Source: Candidatus Dormiibacterota bacterium
GTDB lineage: Bacteria; Chloroflexota; Dormibacteria; Dormibacterales; Dormibacteraceae
NCBI GenBank assembly: GCA_036491815.1
Contig: DASXBE010000017.1
Coordinates: 1-47,204, forward strand
Length of the DNA stretch: 47,204 nt
Direction: 5' to 3'
Notes under the pieces: model-generated
Databases searched by the model: none
What the model saw: the letters and a program-made list of their open reading frames with translations, nothing else
Told to the model about the DNA's origin: nothing
Made by a program: the position numbers and the translations under genes
Shown here: in pieces, positions 33,559-41,277 of the stretch
How the letters are laid out: each line of letters begins with the position of its first letter
Numbering within the stretch: position 1 is the first letter of the stretch

Positions 33559-34736
33559 GCCCGGTTCCTCTCCACGACCTCGGTCACGGCCTCGATCACA
33601 TCGGCGACGTCCTGGTCTGAGTGGGCGGGACTCAAAGGGAGCGACAGCATGCGCTCGAACTCCCCCTGGGCGACGGGGAACTGATCCGCGGCGAGCCCGT
33701 AGCGCTTGCGGAAATAGGAGTGCTCATGGATCGGGATGAAGTGAACGCTCGCGCCGATGTTGAGCTGGCGCAGCTGCTCGATGAAACCATCGCGGCCGAT
33801 CGACAGCCGGTCGAGGCGCAGGCGAAGCAGGTAGATGTGGTTGGCGCTCTGAACCTCGGGCCGGGTGACAGGAGTCTCCAGCTCGGGCAGGAGGCCCAAG
33901 GCCTCGTCGTACTGGGTGACGATCGACCTGCGCCTGGCCTGCATAGCATCGATGCGCTTGAGCTGGTGGAGCCCGATCGCCGCCTGGATGTCAGGCATGT
34001 TGTATTTGAACCCTGGGAGCACCACGTCGTATCGCCACGATCCCTCGGCGGTGTATCGCTTGAAAGCGTCTCGGCTCATTCCGTGGAGGCTCCAGATGCG
34101 GGCCGAGTCGATCAGGTCCTGGGGCCCCGTCAACATCCCGCCTTCGCCGGTCGTCAGGTTCTTGGTTGCGTAAAAGGAGAACGCGACCAGGTTCGGCTGG
34201 TCGAAGCCCTCTGGCGCGGCGCCGATCATGCGGCCGCGATAGGCGGCGGGGAATGAGTGAGCCGCGTCCTCGATAACGGCAAGGCCGTGGCGGTGCGCGA
34301 TGTCGTAGATCGCGTCCATCTCCGCGGGGTGGCCGTAGAGGTGGACGGGCATGATCGCTTTGACGCCGGGGGTTCGCTTGATCGCCAGCTCGACCTTCGC
34401 GGGGTCGAGGTTCAGCGTGTCACGCTCGACGTCGACCAGCACCGGCTGCGCGCGTTGGTGCTCGATCACGGTGATGGTCGAGGAGAAGGTCATGGTGGAG
34501 CTGATGACCGCGTCCCCCTCACCGATCCCGAGCACGGCGAGCGCGATATGCATCGCCGAGGTCGCGGAGTTGACAGCGAGCGCCGCGGGGGCGCCGACGT
34601 AGTCGCGAAAGTCCTCCTCGAGCTGGTGGGCACGCTGACCCGTCGTGATCCACCCGCCGCGCAGGGTCTGGACCACCTCCTCGATCTCCTCGTCGCCGAT
34701 CATCGGGGGGGCGAAATGCAGAAATTCCGACCGCAT
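33555..34736 (-). CDS. DegT-family PLP-dependent sugar aminotransferase (third copy; 4-aminotransferase candidate)
   Basis: GDAVISSTMTFSST, VIEDAAHSFPA, the catalytic Lys in SFYATKNLTTGEGG, and YNMPDIQAAIG. Confidence 0.9.
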   Translation of the reverse strand: MRSEFLHFAPPMIGDEEIEEVVQTLRGGWITTGQRAHQLEEDFRDYVGAPAALAVNSATSAMHIALAVLGIGEGDAVISSTMTFSSTITVIEHQRAQPVLVDVERDTLNLDPAKVELAIKRTPGVKAIMPVHLYGHPAEMDAIYDIAHRHGLAVIEDAAHSFPAAYRGRMIGAAPEGFDQPNLVAFSFYATKNLTTGEGGMLTGPQDLIDSARIWSLHGMSRDAFKRYTAEGSWRYDVVLPGFKYNMPDIQAAIGLHQLKRIDAMQARRRSIVTQYDEALGLLPELETPVTRPEVQSANHIYLLRLRLDRLSIGRDGFIEQLRQLNIGASVHFIPIHEHSYFRKRYGLAADQFPVAQGEFERMLSLPLSPAHSDQDVADVIEAVTEVVERNRA

Positions 34737-34740
34737 CAGC

Positions 34741-35433
34741 TCATGCCTGCGGCTTGCGGAGCAACGCGATCAGGTGGCTGCGCAGCGGGTCAACTCGCGC
34801 AAGGATTGGGTAGGCCAGTGGGGTGAGCCGGCCGAGCCGCCGCGCCACGGGCGGCGCGACCGTGACGCTTCGCACCTCGCCCGTCAAACCCGGGAAGAGC
34901 TGGTGCAGGCGGCTTTCCGTGACGGCGCGCACGTTTTGGTTGGAGGCGCTGTCGTAACGCACGTCGTACCAGAGCAACGCGCCGCCTGGGCGGAGCACAC
35001 GCACCATCTCGGCGGCGACGTTGGCGGCCATCTGCCGGTCCAGGATCGAGCTGAAGAGGGTCAGCGCCAGCACGAGATCGAAGCTGCCATCTGGGAATTC
35101 GAGCTGCTCCGCGTTGCCGGCATGGAACTCGAGGTCCGGGTACCGCTTGCGCGCGGCCGCCACGCGGTCGGGCAGCAGGTCGACCCCGACCAGGCGCGTG
35201 GGCTTCGCCCCCAGCTCGAGCATCCTGGCCAGCTCCCCGCCTCCACCCGATCCGACCTCGAGCACGCGCCGATCGCCCAGAGGCAACATCCCGGCGCGCG
35301 TGAGAAGCGTCCTCGTCATCTCTGTGCGTTCCGCAAGGATCGATCGATTGCCCCGGTTGGCCAGGCTCCAACGCGAGCCGGCGCGGGCCTCGAGATCCCG
35401 ATACGCCAGGGCGATCCTCTCTTCTTCGCTCAC
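34741..35433 (-). CDS. Class I SAM-dependent methyltransferase
   Basis: VLEVGSGGGGEL (motif I), FDLVLALTLFSSI and LRPGGALLW. GTG at 35433 overlaps the upstream stop (GTGA). Confidence 0.8.
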   Translation of the reverse strand: MSEEERIALAYRDLEARAGSRWSLANRGNRSILAERTEMTRTLLTRAGMLPLGDRRVLEVGSGGGGELARMLELGAKPTRLVGVDLLPDRVAAARKRYPDLEFHAGNAEQLEFPDGSFDLVLALTLFSSILDRQMAANVAAEMVRVLRPGGALLWYDVRYDSASNQNVRAVTESRLHQLFPGLTGEVRSVTVAPPVARRLGRLTPLAYPILARVDPLRSHLIALLRKPQA

Positions 35434-36053
35434 CGACGCGGGGCGCTCTCCAGCTCCTGCACCAGATCGGCGGCAATCGTGAACACTCGGCCGCAATCGG
35501 AGCAGCCGAAGTCCGTCGGCTCAGACCCGCGACTGCTCAGGGGATGGCCGCAGTCGCATGCAAATCCTCTCAGCCGTGCCGGGTTGCCAACCACGATGGC
35601 GCGCTCCGGTACATCGCGCGTGACCACAGCTCCCGAGCCGACCAGCGCCATCCGCCCGATGCTCACGCCGGGCAGCACCACAGCGCCCCCGCCCACCGAC
35701 GCGCCGTACCGGACGATTCCCATGCTGGCCACCCAGTCGACATCGCCCTTGAGGGACCCGTCGGGATTGACAGCCCGGGGGTGCTTGTCATTGAGCAGCA
35801 TCGCTCCGGGTCCCAGGAAGACCCCGCCCTCCAGGTTGAAGCCGTGGAACACGAAGACTCCGTTCTGGAGCTTGCAGTGGTCCCCAATGTGCACGTCCTT
35901 GTCGACATACGCGCCCTTGCCGAGGATGCAGCCCTTCCCGATCACAGCGCCTTCGCGGATCTGCACCTGGTGCCAGATCCTGGTCCCCTGGCCGACCTGG
36001 GCCTGGTCTGAGACATCGGCTGTGGGATGGATGTAAACGGACTTGTCCGGCAC
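35430..36053 (-). CDS. Left-handed beta-helix (hexapeptide-repeat) sugar N-acetyltransferase, WbpD/QdtC-like, with a C-terminal CxC…CxxC tail
   Basis: …IWHQVQIREGAVIGKGCILGKGAYVDKDVHIGDHCKLQNGVFVFHGFNLEGGVFLGPG… closely parallels the WbpD-type motif pattern. The tail reads GFACDCGHPL…FGCSDCGRVF. The start is uncertain: GTG at 36053 is preferred, and the ORF track extends to 36155. Confidence 0.8.
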   Translation of the reverse strand: MPDKSVYIHPTADVSDQAQVGQGTRIWHQVQIREGAVIGKGCILGKGAYVDKDVHIGDHCKLQNGVFVFHGFNLEGGVFLGPGAMLLNDKHPRAVNPDGSLKGDVDWVASMGIVRYGASVGGGAVVLPGVSIGRMALVGSGAVVTRDVPERAIVVGNPARLRGFACDCGHPLSSRGSEPTDFGCSDCGRVFTIAADLVQELESAPRR

Positions 36054-36099
36054 CCGACCTATCTTGGCATGCGGCAGCGGACCACTTGCGAGCCTGGCT

Positions 36100-38013
36100 T
36101 CAGGCGTTCTCCTGTTCGGGGGAACGGGCGTCCACGACACGGCTTCCACGGACATCCGGCTCCTCGGTCGCCTCGGCCGGAGCCTTGACGGCCATCTTCA
36201 AGACTCGTGCCAGCTCGTCGGGTTTGCCCTCCCGCGCGAGCCGCTCGAGGCGTTCGACTGTCCAAGCAAGGTCCTGGGCCTTGTTGACGACGGGCGAGAT
36301 GACCTCGCGGATGGCCGGGTGGACGGTTGGTCGCCAGCCCTCATCCGCGGCCAGCAGGTCCTCAGTCATCCGCTCACCGGGGCGAAGCCCCGTGAAGACG
36401 ACCTTGATGTCGATGTCCGGTCGCATCCCCCGAGAGCGGATGAGGTCATTGGCCAGGTCATAGATCCTGATCGGCTCTCCCATGTCGAGCATGTAGAGGT
36501 GGCTTGGCTTGCTCATCGTGATCGAGCTGAGCACGAGGGAAGCCGCTTCGCGGATCGTCATCATGTATCGCGATACGTCTTGGTGGGTGATCGTGACCGG
36601 GCCGCCGTGCTCGATCTGCCGCTCGAACAAGGGCACGACGCTTCCCCTGCTGCCCACCACGTTTCCGAAGCGGACCGCCCAGCAGCTCATCGAACCGCGA
36701 TAGACGAGCACGAGCTGCTCGCACAGGCGCTTGGTGCATCCCATCACCGAGTGAATCGTGGCCGCCTTGTCGGTCGAGATCAGGATCAGTCGCTTGGTGC
36801 CGGCGGCGTCAGCGCACCGCAGCACATTGCGGGTGCCGATGACATTCGTGAGCACGGCCTGGATCGGATGCGATTCCAGCATCGGCACGTGCTTGTAGGC
36901 GGCCGCGTGAAAGACGATCTCCGGCCTCTCGTCTGCGAACACGGTGAGGAGCTGGTCATGGTCGGTGATCGAAACCAGGGCCTCCCTGAGGTCGAGCGCC
37001 GTCGAGACGCGCAGCTCCTCGGCGAGGTCGAAGAGCCCGCTCTCGTTGACATCGAGAAGGACGAGGCGCGCCGGCGACATGCCGGCGAGCAACCGGCACA
37101 GCTCAGATCCGATGGAGCCCGCCGCACCTGTGACGAGAACCACCCGCCCCTTCACCTCGCCGGCCGCCAGCTCGAGGTCGATCTGGCGTTCGTCGCGCCC
37201 AACGAGGTCATCGGCCGAGAGCTGCCGGAGCCTGGCGCCCCTGGCACTCGGAAACCACTCGTCCGCGGCCGGGACGATGAACACAGGCAGCTCGGCGGCG
37301 AGCGCGTCGGCGTACAGGCCGCGCATCGGCCCGCGGTCAGAAGCCAGCCCCTGCACAAAGGCCACGCCCTGGGCCTCCGTCTCTTTGATCCAGCGCCGCA
37401 GCTGGCTGGCGTTGCCGAGCACCGGCACGCCCATCAGCGTCTGACCCACGTCGGCCGCGCCGGTCGTGACGATTCCGACCGGCGTCCAGTCAGGGCTGTG
37501 CTGCTGGAGGAGCGTCTTCACCGTTCCGTACCCGCTCAAGCCGGGAATCACGACCAGCAACCGGTTGCCAGTGGGCCGCCGCGAAACGAGGAGCCGGGGC
37601 AGGAGTCGAAGCAGGCCCACCCCGATCACGACGGCCGGTGCGGCGAAGACAGGTGCGAGGAGCCGCAGCGGCCGGTAGCCGTCGGGGATCAGGAGGTTGA
37701 CGATCGTGATGATCAGCGACGCCTCGATCACTGCGAGCCCGACGGCAAACGCGTCGTTCAAGCCGGCCATCGACCACACGCGGCGGTAAAGGTGGAAGCG
37801 GGCTTCGCCCGCCGCCATGGCGAACGCGACCAGGCCGAGGGACGAGATTGGCCACCACGCCGACTCGCTCGAAGACGGTGACCCGTAGCCGCTCGAGTTC
37901 ACCGCCACGATCACGAGCCAGAAAACGCATACCTCGGCGACGAAAAAGGGGCCGTGCCTGAGGGCGCCACGCCCCAATTTCAAAACTCGGTCGGTCAAGC
38001 CGCGTGAGATCAC
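36100..38013 (-). CDS. Membrane-anchored UDP-sugar 4,6-dehydratase (CapD/PglF/WbpM family)
   Basis: N-terminal TM segments, then VLVTGAAGSIGSEL, HAAAYKHVP, STDKA, GCTKRLCE and RFGNVVGSRGSVVP. The start codon is GTG. Confidence 0.9.
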   Translation of the reverse strand: MISRGLTDRVLKLGRGALRHGPFFVAEVCVFWLVIVAVNSSGYGSPSSSESAWWPISSLGLVAFAMAAGEARFHLYRRVWSMAGLNDAFAVGLAVIEASLIITIVNLLIPDGYRPLRLLAPVFAAPAVVIGVGLLRLLPRLLVSRRPTGNRLLVVIPGLSGYGTVKTLLQQHSPDWTPVGIVTTGAADVGQTLMGVPVLGNASQLRRWIKETEAQGVAFVQGLASDRGPMRGLYADALAAELPVFIVPAADEWFPSARGARLRQLSADDLVGRDERQIDLELAAGEVKGRVVLVTGAAGSIGSELCRLLAGMSPARLVLLDVNESGLFDLAEELRVSTALDLREALVSITDHDQLLTVFADERPEIVFHAAAYKHVPMLESHPIQAVLTNVIGTRNVLRCADAAGTKRLILISTDKAATIHSVMGCTKRLCEQLVLVYRGSMSCWAVRFGNVVGSRGSVVPLFERQIEHGGPVTITHQDVSRYMMTIREAASLVLSSITMSKPSHLYMLDMGEPIRIYDLANDLIRSRGMRPDIDIKVVFTGLRPGERMTEDLLAADEGWRPTVHPAIREVISPVVNKAQDLAWTVERLERLAREGKPDELARVLKMAVKAPAEATEEPDVRGSRVVDARSPEQENA

Positions 38014-38064
38014 AGGGCTTTCAGCCTAAGTCAAGGGACGCCGGATTGGGCTGTAAGCTAGGAA

Positions 38065-38076
38065 TGAACATGTTCA
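38065..38076. promoter_or_regulatory. Perfect 12-bp AT-rich palindrome TGAACATGTTCA in a divergent intergenic region (candidate operator)
   Basis: It lies 52 nt from the capD-like GTG (38013) and 101 nt from the wbaP-like ATG (38177), and stands out against the GC-rich background. Confidence 0.35.
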
Positions 38077-38176
38077 GCGCGCCCGCCCGGGGATGCGCAC
38101 TTCGCGTGCCCGGCGCGGCCACCCCTAACGAAGTGAACCATCCAAAGGCGACTTTTACTCGCCCGGCAAAACGACG

Positions 38177-39586
38177 ATGACTGCGCTCGAGGTGCAGCCG
38201 CCCGACGCGCTGTCCGGCCTGGCGACCGTCCCCGCTCCGACCGCCCGGCGCTTTGCTCTCAGCATTCGCGAGAGGCGCGTGGTGCTCGCGGCGGCCGACT
38301 TCGTCATCGCGGCGATCGCCACGTTGATCGCCTATGCGCTTCTCCACCGCGCGCACGCGCATCGGCTCGAGGGTTTCGAGCCGGCACTGATCGGGGCCAT
38401 CTGGGTCGTCTCTCTCATCGTCACCGACGGTTACGCGTACCAGATTCCAAGCAGCCGGTTGGAGAGCGGAGTCGCGGTCGTGAAGGCCCTGCCCATCACC
38501 GCCCTGTTCACCGTTCTCGTCTTTTTCATCCACCCGTATGTGCTGACCCGGCCCATCCTGATCGGGGCCCTCGGATTGGGCGCGGCCCTCATGATCGCGA
38601 TCAGGACCACGCTGGCCCGAGCGCTCCTTCACGAGGCGCTGGCCACCCAGGTCGTGGTGATTGCGGACGAGGACCCGAACCTCGAGCTGATCGCAGCGCT
38701 GCACGCCGCCCGGTTCGAGTACAAGGTGGTCGGGACCGTGATTCGCGGCGAAAGCGACCCGCACGACGCTGCCTGGATCGTCGACCAGGCCAGGGACGCC
38801 CTGAGCCGCACGGGCGCCCAGGAGGTGCTGGTCTCCAACAACGAGCTGCGGCTGGTGCCCGGACTGATCGAGGAGTGCCTGACCCGCGGCGTGCGCCTGG
38901 TGCCGGCTGCCCGGCTGGTTGAGACCTATATGGGCCGGGTGCCGATCGACTCGATCGACGTTCACTGGTATCTGGAGCTGCCCGACAACGACGTTTGGAA
39001 GCGGCCCTACGCGGCCGCTCGGCGAATCTTCGATTTGATCCTGTCTCTGATGGTCGGTCTACCGTTCATCGTGGTTCTGCCAGTGCTCGCGCTGCTGATC
39101 AAGCTCGACTCGCCCGGGCCGGTGATGCTCGTTCAGCGGCGTGTCGGCGAGAGCGGCCGCGAGTTCGGCCTGTTGAAGCTCCGCACCATGGCGGCCGACG
39201 CCGAGGCGGCGGGGGCCCAGTTCGCCTCCGCCCGCGACCCTCGGGTCACCCGGGTGGGACGCTTGCTGCGCGCGACGCGCCTCGACGAGTTCCCTCAGCT
39301 CCTCAACATCCTGCGGGCCGAGATGAGCTTCATCGGCCCGCGCCCGGAGCGCCCGGAGTTCGAGCGCGACCTCGAGTCGAAGATCCCCCACTTCCGATCG
39401 CGGCTCCTCATCAAGCCAGGGCTCACGGGTTGGGCGCAGATCAAAGGCGGTTACGCGAGCAGCCTCCCGGAGATCACGCGGAAGCTCGAGTACGACCTCT
39501 ACTACATCAGGAACCGTTCCTTCACGCTCGACATGCAGATCCTGGCCGGGACGTTCGGCACAGTGATGCGCTGGAGGGGCCGCTAG
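38177..39586 (+). CDS. Large polyprenyl glycosylphosphotransferase (WbaP / exopolysaccharide-priming PGT), copy 3
   Basis: N-terminal TM block plus a central domain. The C-terminal catalytic domain reads RIFDLILSLMVGLPFIVVLPVLALLIKLDSPGPVM…FGLLKLRTM…DEFPQLLNILRAEMSFIGPRPERP. Confidence 0.9.
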   Translation: MTALEVQPPDALSGLATVPAPTARRFALSIRERRVVLAAADFVIAAIATLIAYALLHRAHAHRLEGFEPALIGAIWVVSLIVTDGYAYQIPSSRLESGVAVVKALPITALFTVLVFFIHPYVLTRPILIGALGLGAALMIAIRTTLARALLHEALATQVVVIADEDPNLELIAALHAARFEYKVVGTVIRGESDPHDAAWIVDQARDALSRTGAQEVLVSNNELRLVPGLIEECLTRGVRLVPAARLVETYMGRVPIDSIDVHWYLELPDNDVWKRPYAAARRIFDLILSLMVGLPFIVVLPVLALLIKLDSPGPVMLVQRRVGESGREFGLLKLRTMAADAEAAGAQFASARDPRVTRVGRLLRATRLDEFPQLLNILRAEMSFIGPRPERPEFERDLESKIPHFRSRLLIKPGLTGWAQIKGGYASSLPEITRKLEYDLYYIRNRSFTLDMQILAGTFGTVMRWRGR

Positions 39587-39764
39587 GCTGAGCCGCCGCG
39601 AGCTTCTGGCTGGGCCGGGAGGCCAAGGAGAAGTAGAAGGCAGGACGTTTCCCAGTAGAAGAGCCAAGGCCTCGCGTGACCGATCACATCGTCAGGTTCG
39701 ACCTGGTTCGCTGAGGTGATCGACGTCAGGGGCCTTAGACCAAGCTCGGGCAAGGAGGGAGACC

Positions 39765-39926
39765 GTGGCTGGGAACATCACTGCGACCGCGCCCACCCAC
39801 GTGTCCTGCTTACCCGAGCAGATGAAGGCCATCAGTCGAGTCCCGGGCGGCGGTGAGGCGGAGGCCAGAACGCCATCACGGCGGCCCTGCCAAGCCGGCT
39901 TTGACGCCTCTCGTTTGAAGGACTGA
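39765..39926 (+). CDS. Hypothetical 53-codon small ORF / possible leader peptide
   Basis: GTG at 39765 lies 5 nt after AAGGAGGG, the strongest Shine-Dalgarno-like motif I saw in the window. The TGA at 39924-39926 is 4 nt before the ATG of the next gene. It falls below the ORF-track length cut-off. The product has no recognisable motif and GC3 looks lower than in neighbouring genes, so confidence is low. Confidence 0.25.
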   Translation: MAGNITATAPTHVSCLPEQMKAISRVPGGGEAEARTPSRRPCQAGFDASRLKD

Positions 39927-39930
39927 GCCG

Positions 39931-41274
39931 ATGGCTGTACCCAGTCTCGCCGGCACCCGAGAGCGGCCTGTAGAGAGGCCACCGTCGCGCCTGACGCAAG
40001 CCACCGAGATGGTGGTGGCCTACGGGCCGGCCGCGATCATCCTCGCCCTGCCGCTCGAGTTCACGAGCCGTCTTTTCGGCCAACCGCTGTCGCGTTGGCT
40101 GACCGCGCTGGTCAGCCTGGCTTTCGCTTACCTCCTCTTGACGCGCCGTAGAACCCTCGTCTGGCCTCGTCGGATGAGCGCGCTGGTGCTCGGCGTCTTT
40201 GTTCTGTCCGCCATCGGGAGCTGGCTCTTGACCCGAGCCCCGGGCTCATACAAGGTCGCAGTCGACATTGCGACCTACCCCGTGATCGCGCTGGTGCTCA
40301 TGAACCTCCTTCTCACAGCCCAGCAACAGCGCCGGGCGTGGACGGCATTTCTGGTCTCGGGCCTTGCCGTCGCGCTCATCGGCATCGTCCTCTACGCGAC
40401 GCACCTCACCATCTGGGCGCCGAATCCGGCGGTCGTCCACCGGCTCAACATCACCTTCGCGGACCCCAATATCACAGCGCGCTTTCTGACGCTATGCGCG
40501 GTGGCCGCGGTGATGCTCTACGCCGCTCGCCAGAGTCCCGCGTGGCTGTGTGCCGCCACCGCGAGCACCTGCGCGCTGGTTGTGCCGATGACGTGGTCGA
40601 GGTCAGGGCTTGCGCTTTTCATGGTCGCGCTGGTCGTGGCATTCGTGGTGTCCGCCAACCGCCGCCGCGCGGCGGCGCTCATCGCGTGCTCCCTCCTGAT
40701 CTTCGTCGCGTCGACCACGATCAATCCCGACACGCGCGGGCGCGCAATCAGTGCCGGCCAGACCCTGATCACAGCGGTGACGGGGACGGCACACAACGTG
40801 TCAACACCGGCGGCCTCGAAGGTTGGCGACAACCAGGACACGTTCGCGCTGCAGGACAATCGCCGCTATCTGATCGCAGCCGCGACGAAGATGTTCCTCG
40901 ATCACCCCATCGTCGGCGTTGGGTTCGGGGGCTACCAACACCAGCTCGTGACCAACTACCGGCGGTTCATTCCCACCAACAACCCGAAGCCCGACACGGT
41001 CTCGCACACAGCCTTCGTCACGATTGCGGCCGAGCAGGGCGTGATCGGGATTCTCCTCATGCTCGCGTTCTTGGTGGCGCTGGCGTGGGAGGCCCTGCGA
41101 AGTCGTCGCAACGTGCTGGCCATCGTCGCCGCGACAGTGATTGTCCCGATCGTGCTCTACAGCCAGTTCGAAGCGAGATTGCTCGAGGAGCCGTATCTCT
41201 GGGTATGCCTCGCGCTGTTCTATGGCGCGATCCAGGGGCGGCGCCTGCTCAGGGTGGGTTCCCATACCATTTAG
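39931..41274 (+). CDS. O-antigen ligase family (Wzy_C) membrane protein, tandem paralog 1
   Basis: LPLEFTS…, YLLLTRRRTLV, NITFADPNITARF, ARQSPAWL, TWSRSGLALF, HPIVGVGFGGYQH, SHTAFVTIAAEQGVIGILL and SQFEARLLEEPYLW. Confidence 0.85.
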   Translation: MAVPSLAGTRERPVERPPSRLTQATEMVVAYGPAAIILALPLEFTSRLFGQPLSRWLTALVSLAFAYLLLTRRRTLVWPRRMSALVLGVFVLSAIGSWLLTRAPGSYKVAVDIATYPVIALVLMNLLLTAQQQRRAWTAFLVSGLAVALIGIVLYATHLTIWAPNPAVVHRLNITFADPNITARFLTLCAVAAVMLYAARQSPAWLCAATASTCALVVPMTWSRSGLALFMVALVVAFVVSANRRRAAALIACSLLIFVASTTINPDTRGRAISAGQTLITAVTGTAHNVSTPAASKVGDNQDTFALQDNRRYLIAAATKMFLDHPIVGVGFGGYQHQLVTNYRRFIPTNNPKPDTVSHTAFVTIAAEQGVIGILLMLAFLVALAWEALRSRRNVLAIVAATVIVPIVLYSQFEARLLEEPYLWVCLALFYGAIQGRRLLRVGSHTI

Positions 41275-41277
41275 CGC

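Noticed and set aside
38065-38076. LexA/SOS (Cheo-type) box
   Set aside because: Gram-positive and actinobacterial SOS boxes are GAAC-N4-GTTC. Here the half-sites are separated by only 2 nt (GAAC-AT-GTTC), and the flanking genes are not SOS-type. It is kept only as a generic candidate operator.
39692-40083. Minus-strand ORFs 39692..39982 (96 aa) and 39832..40083 (83 aa) in or near the large intergenic gap
   Set aside because: They have no Shine-Dalgarno motif and no recognisable motifs, and they overlap the 5' end of the well-supported Wzy_C gene in antisense. Their composition is consistent with chance ORFs.
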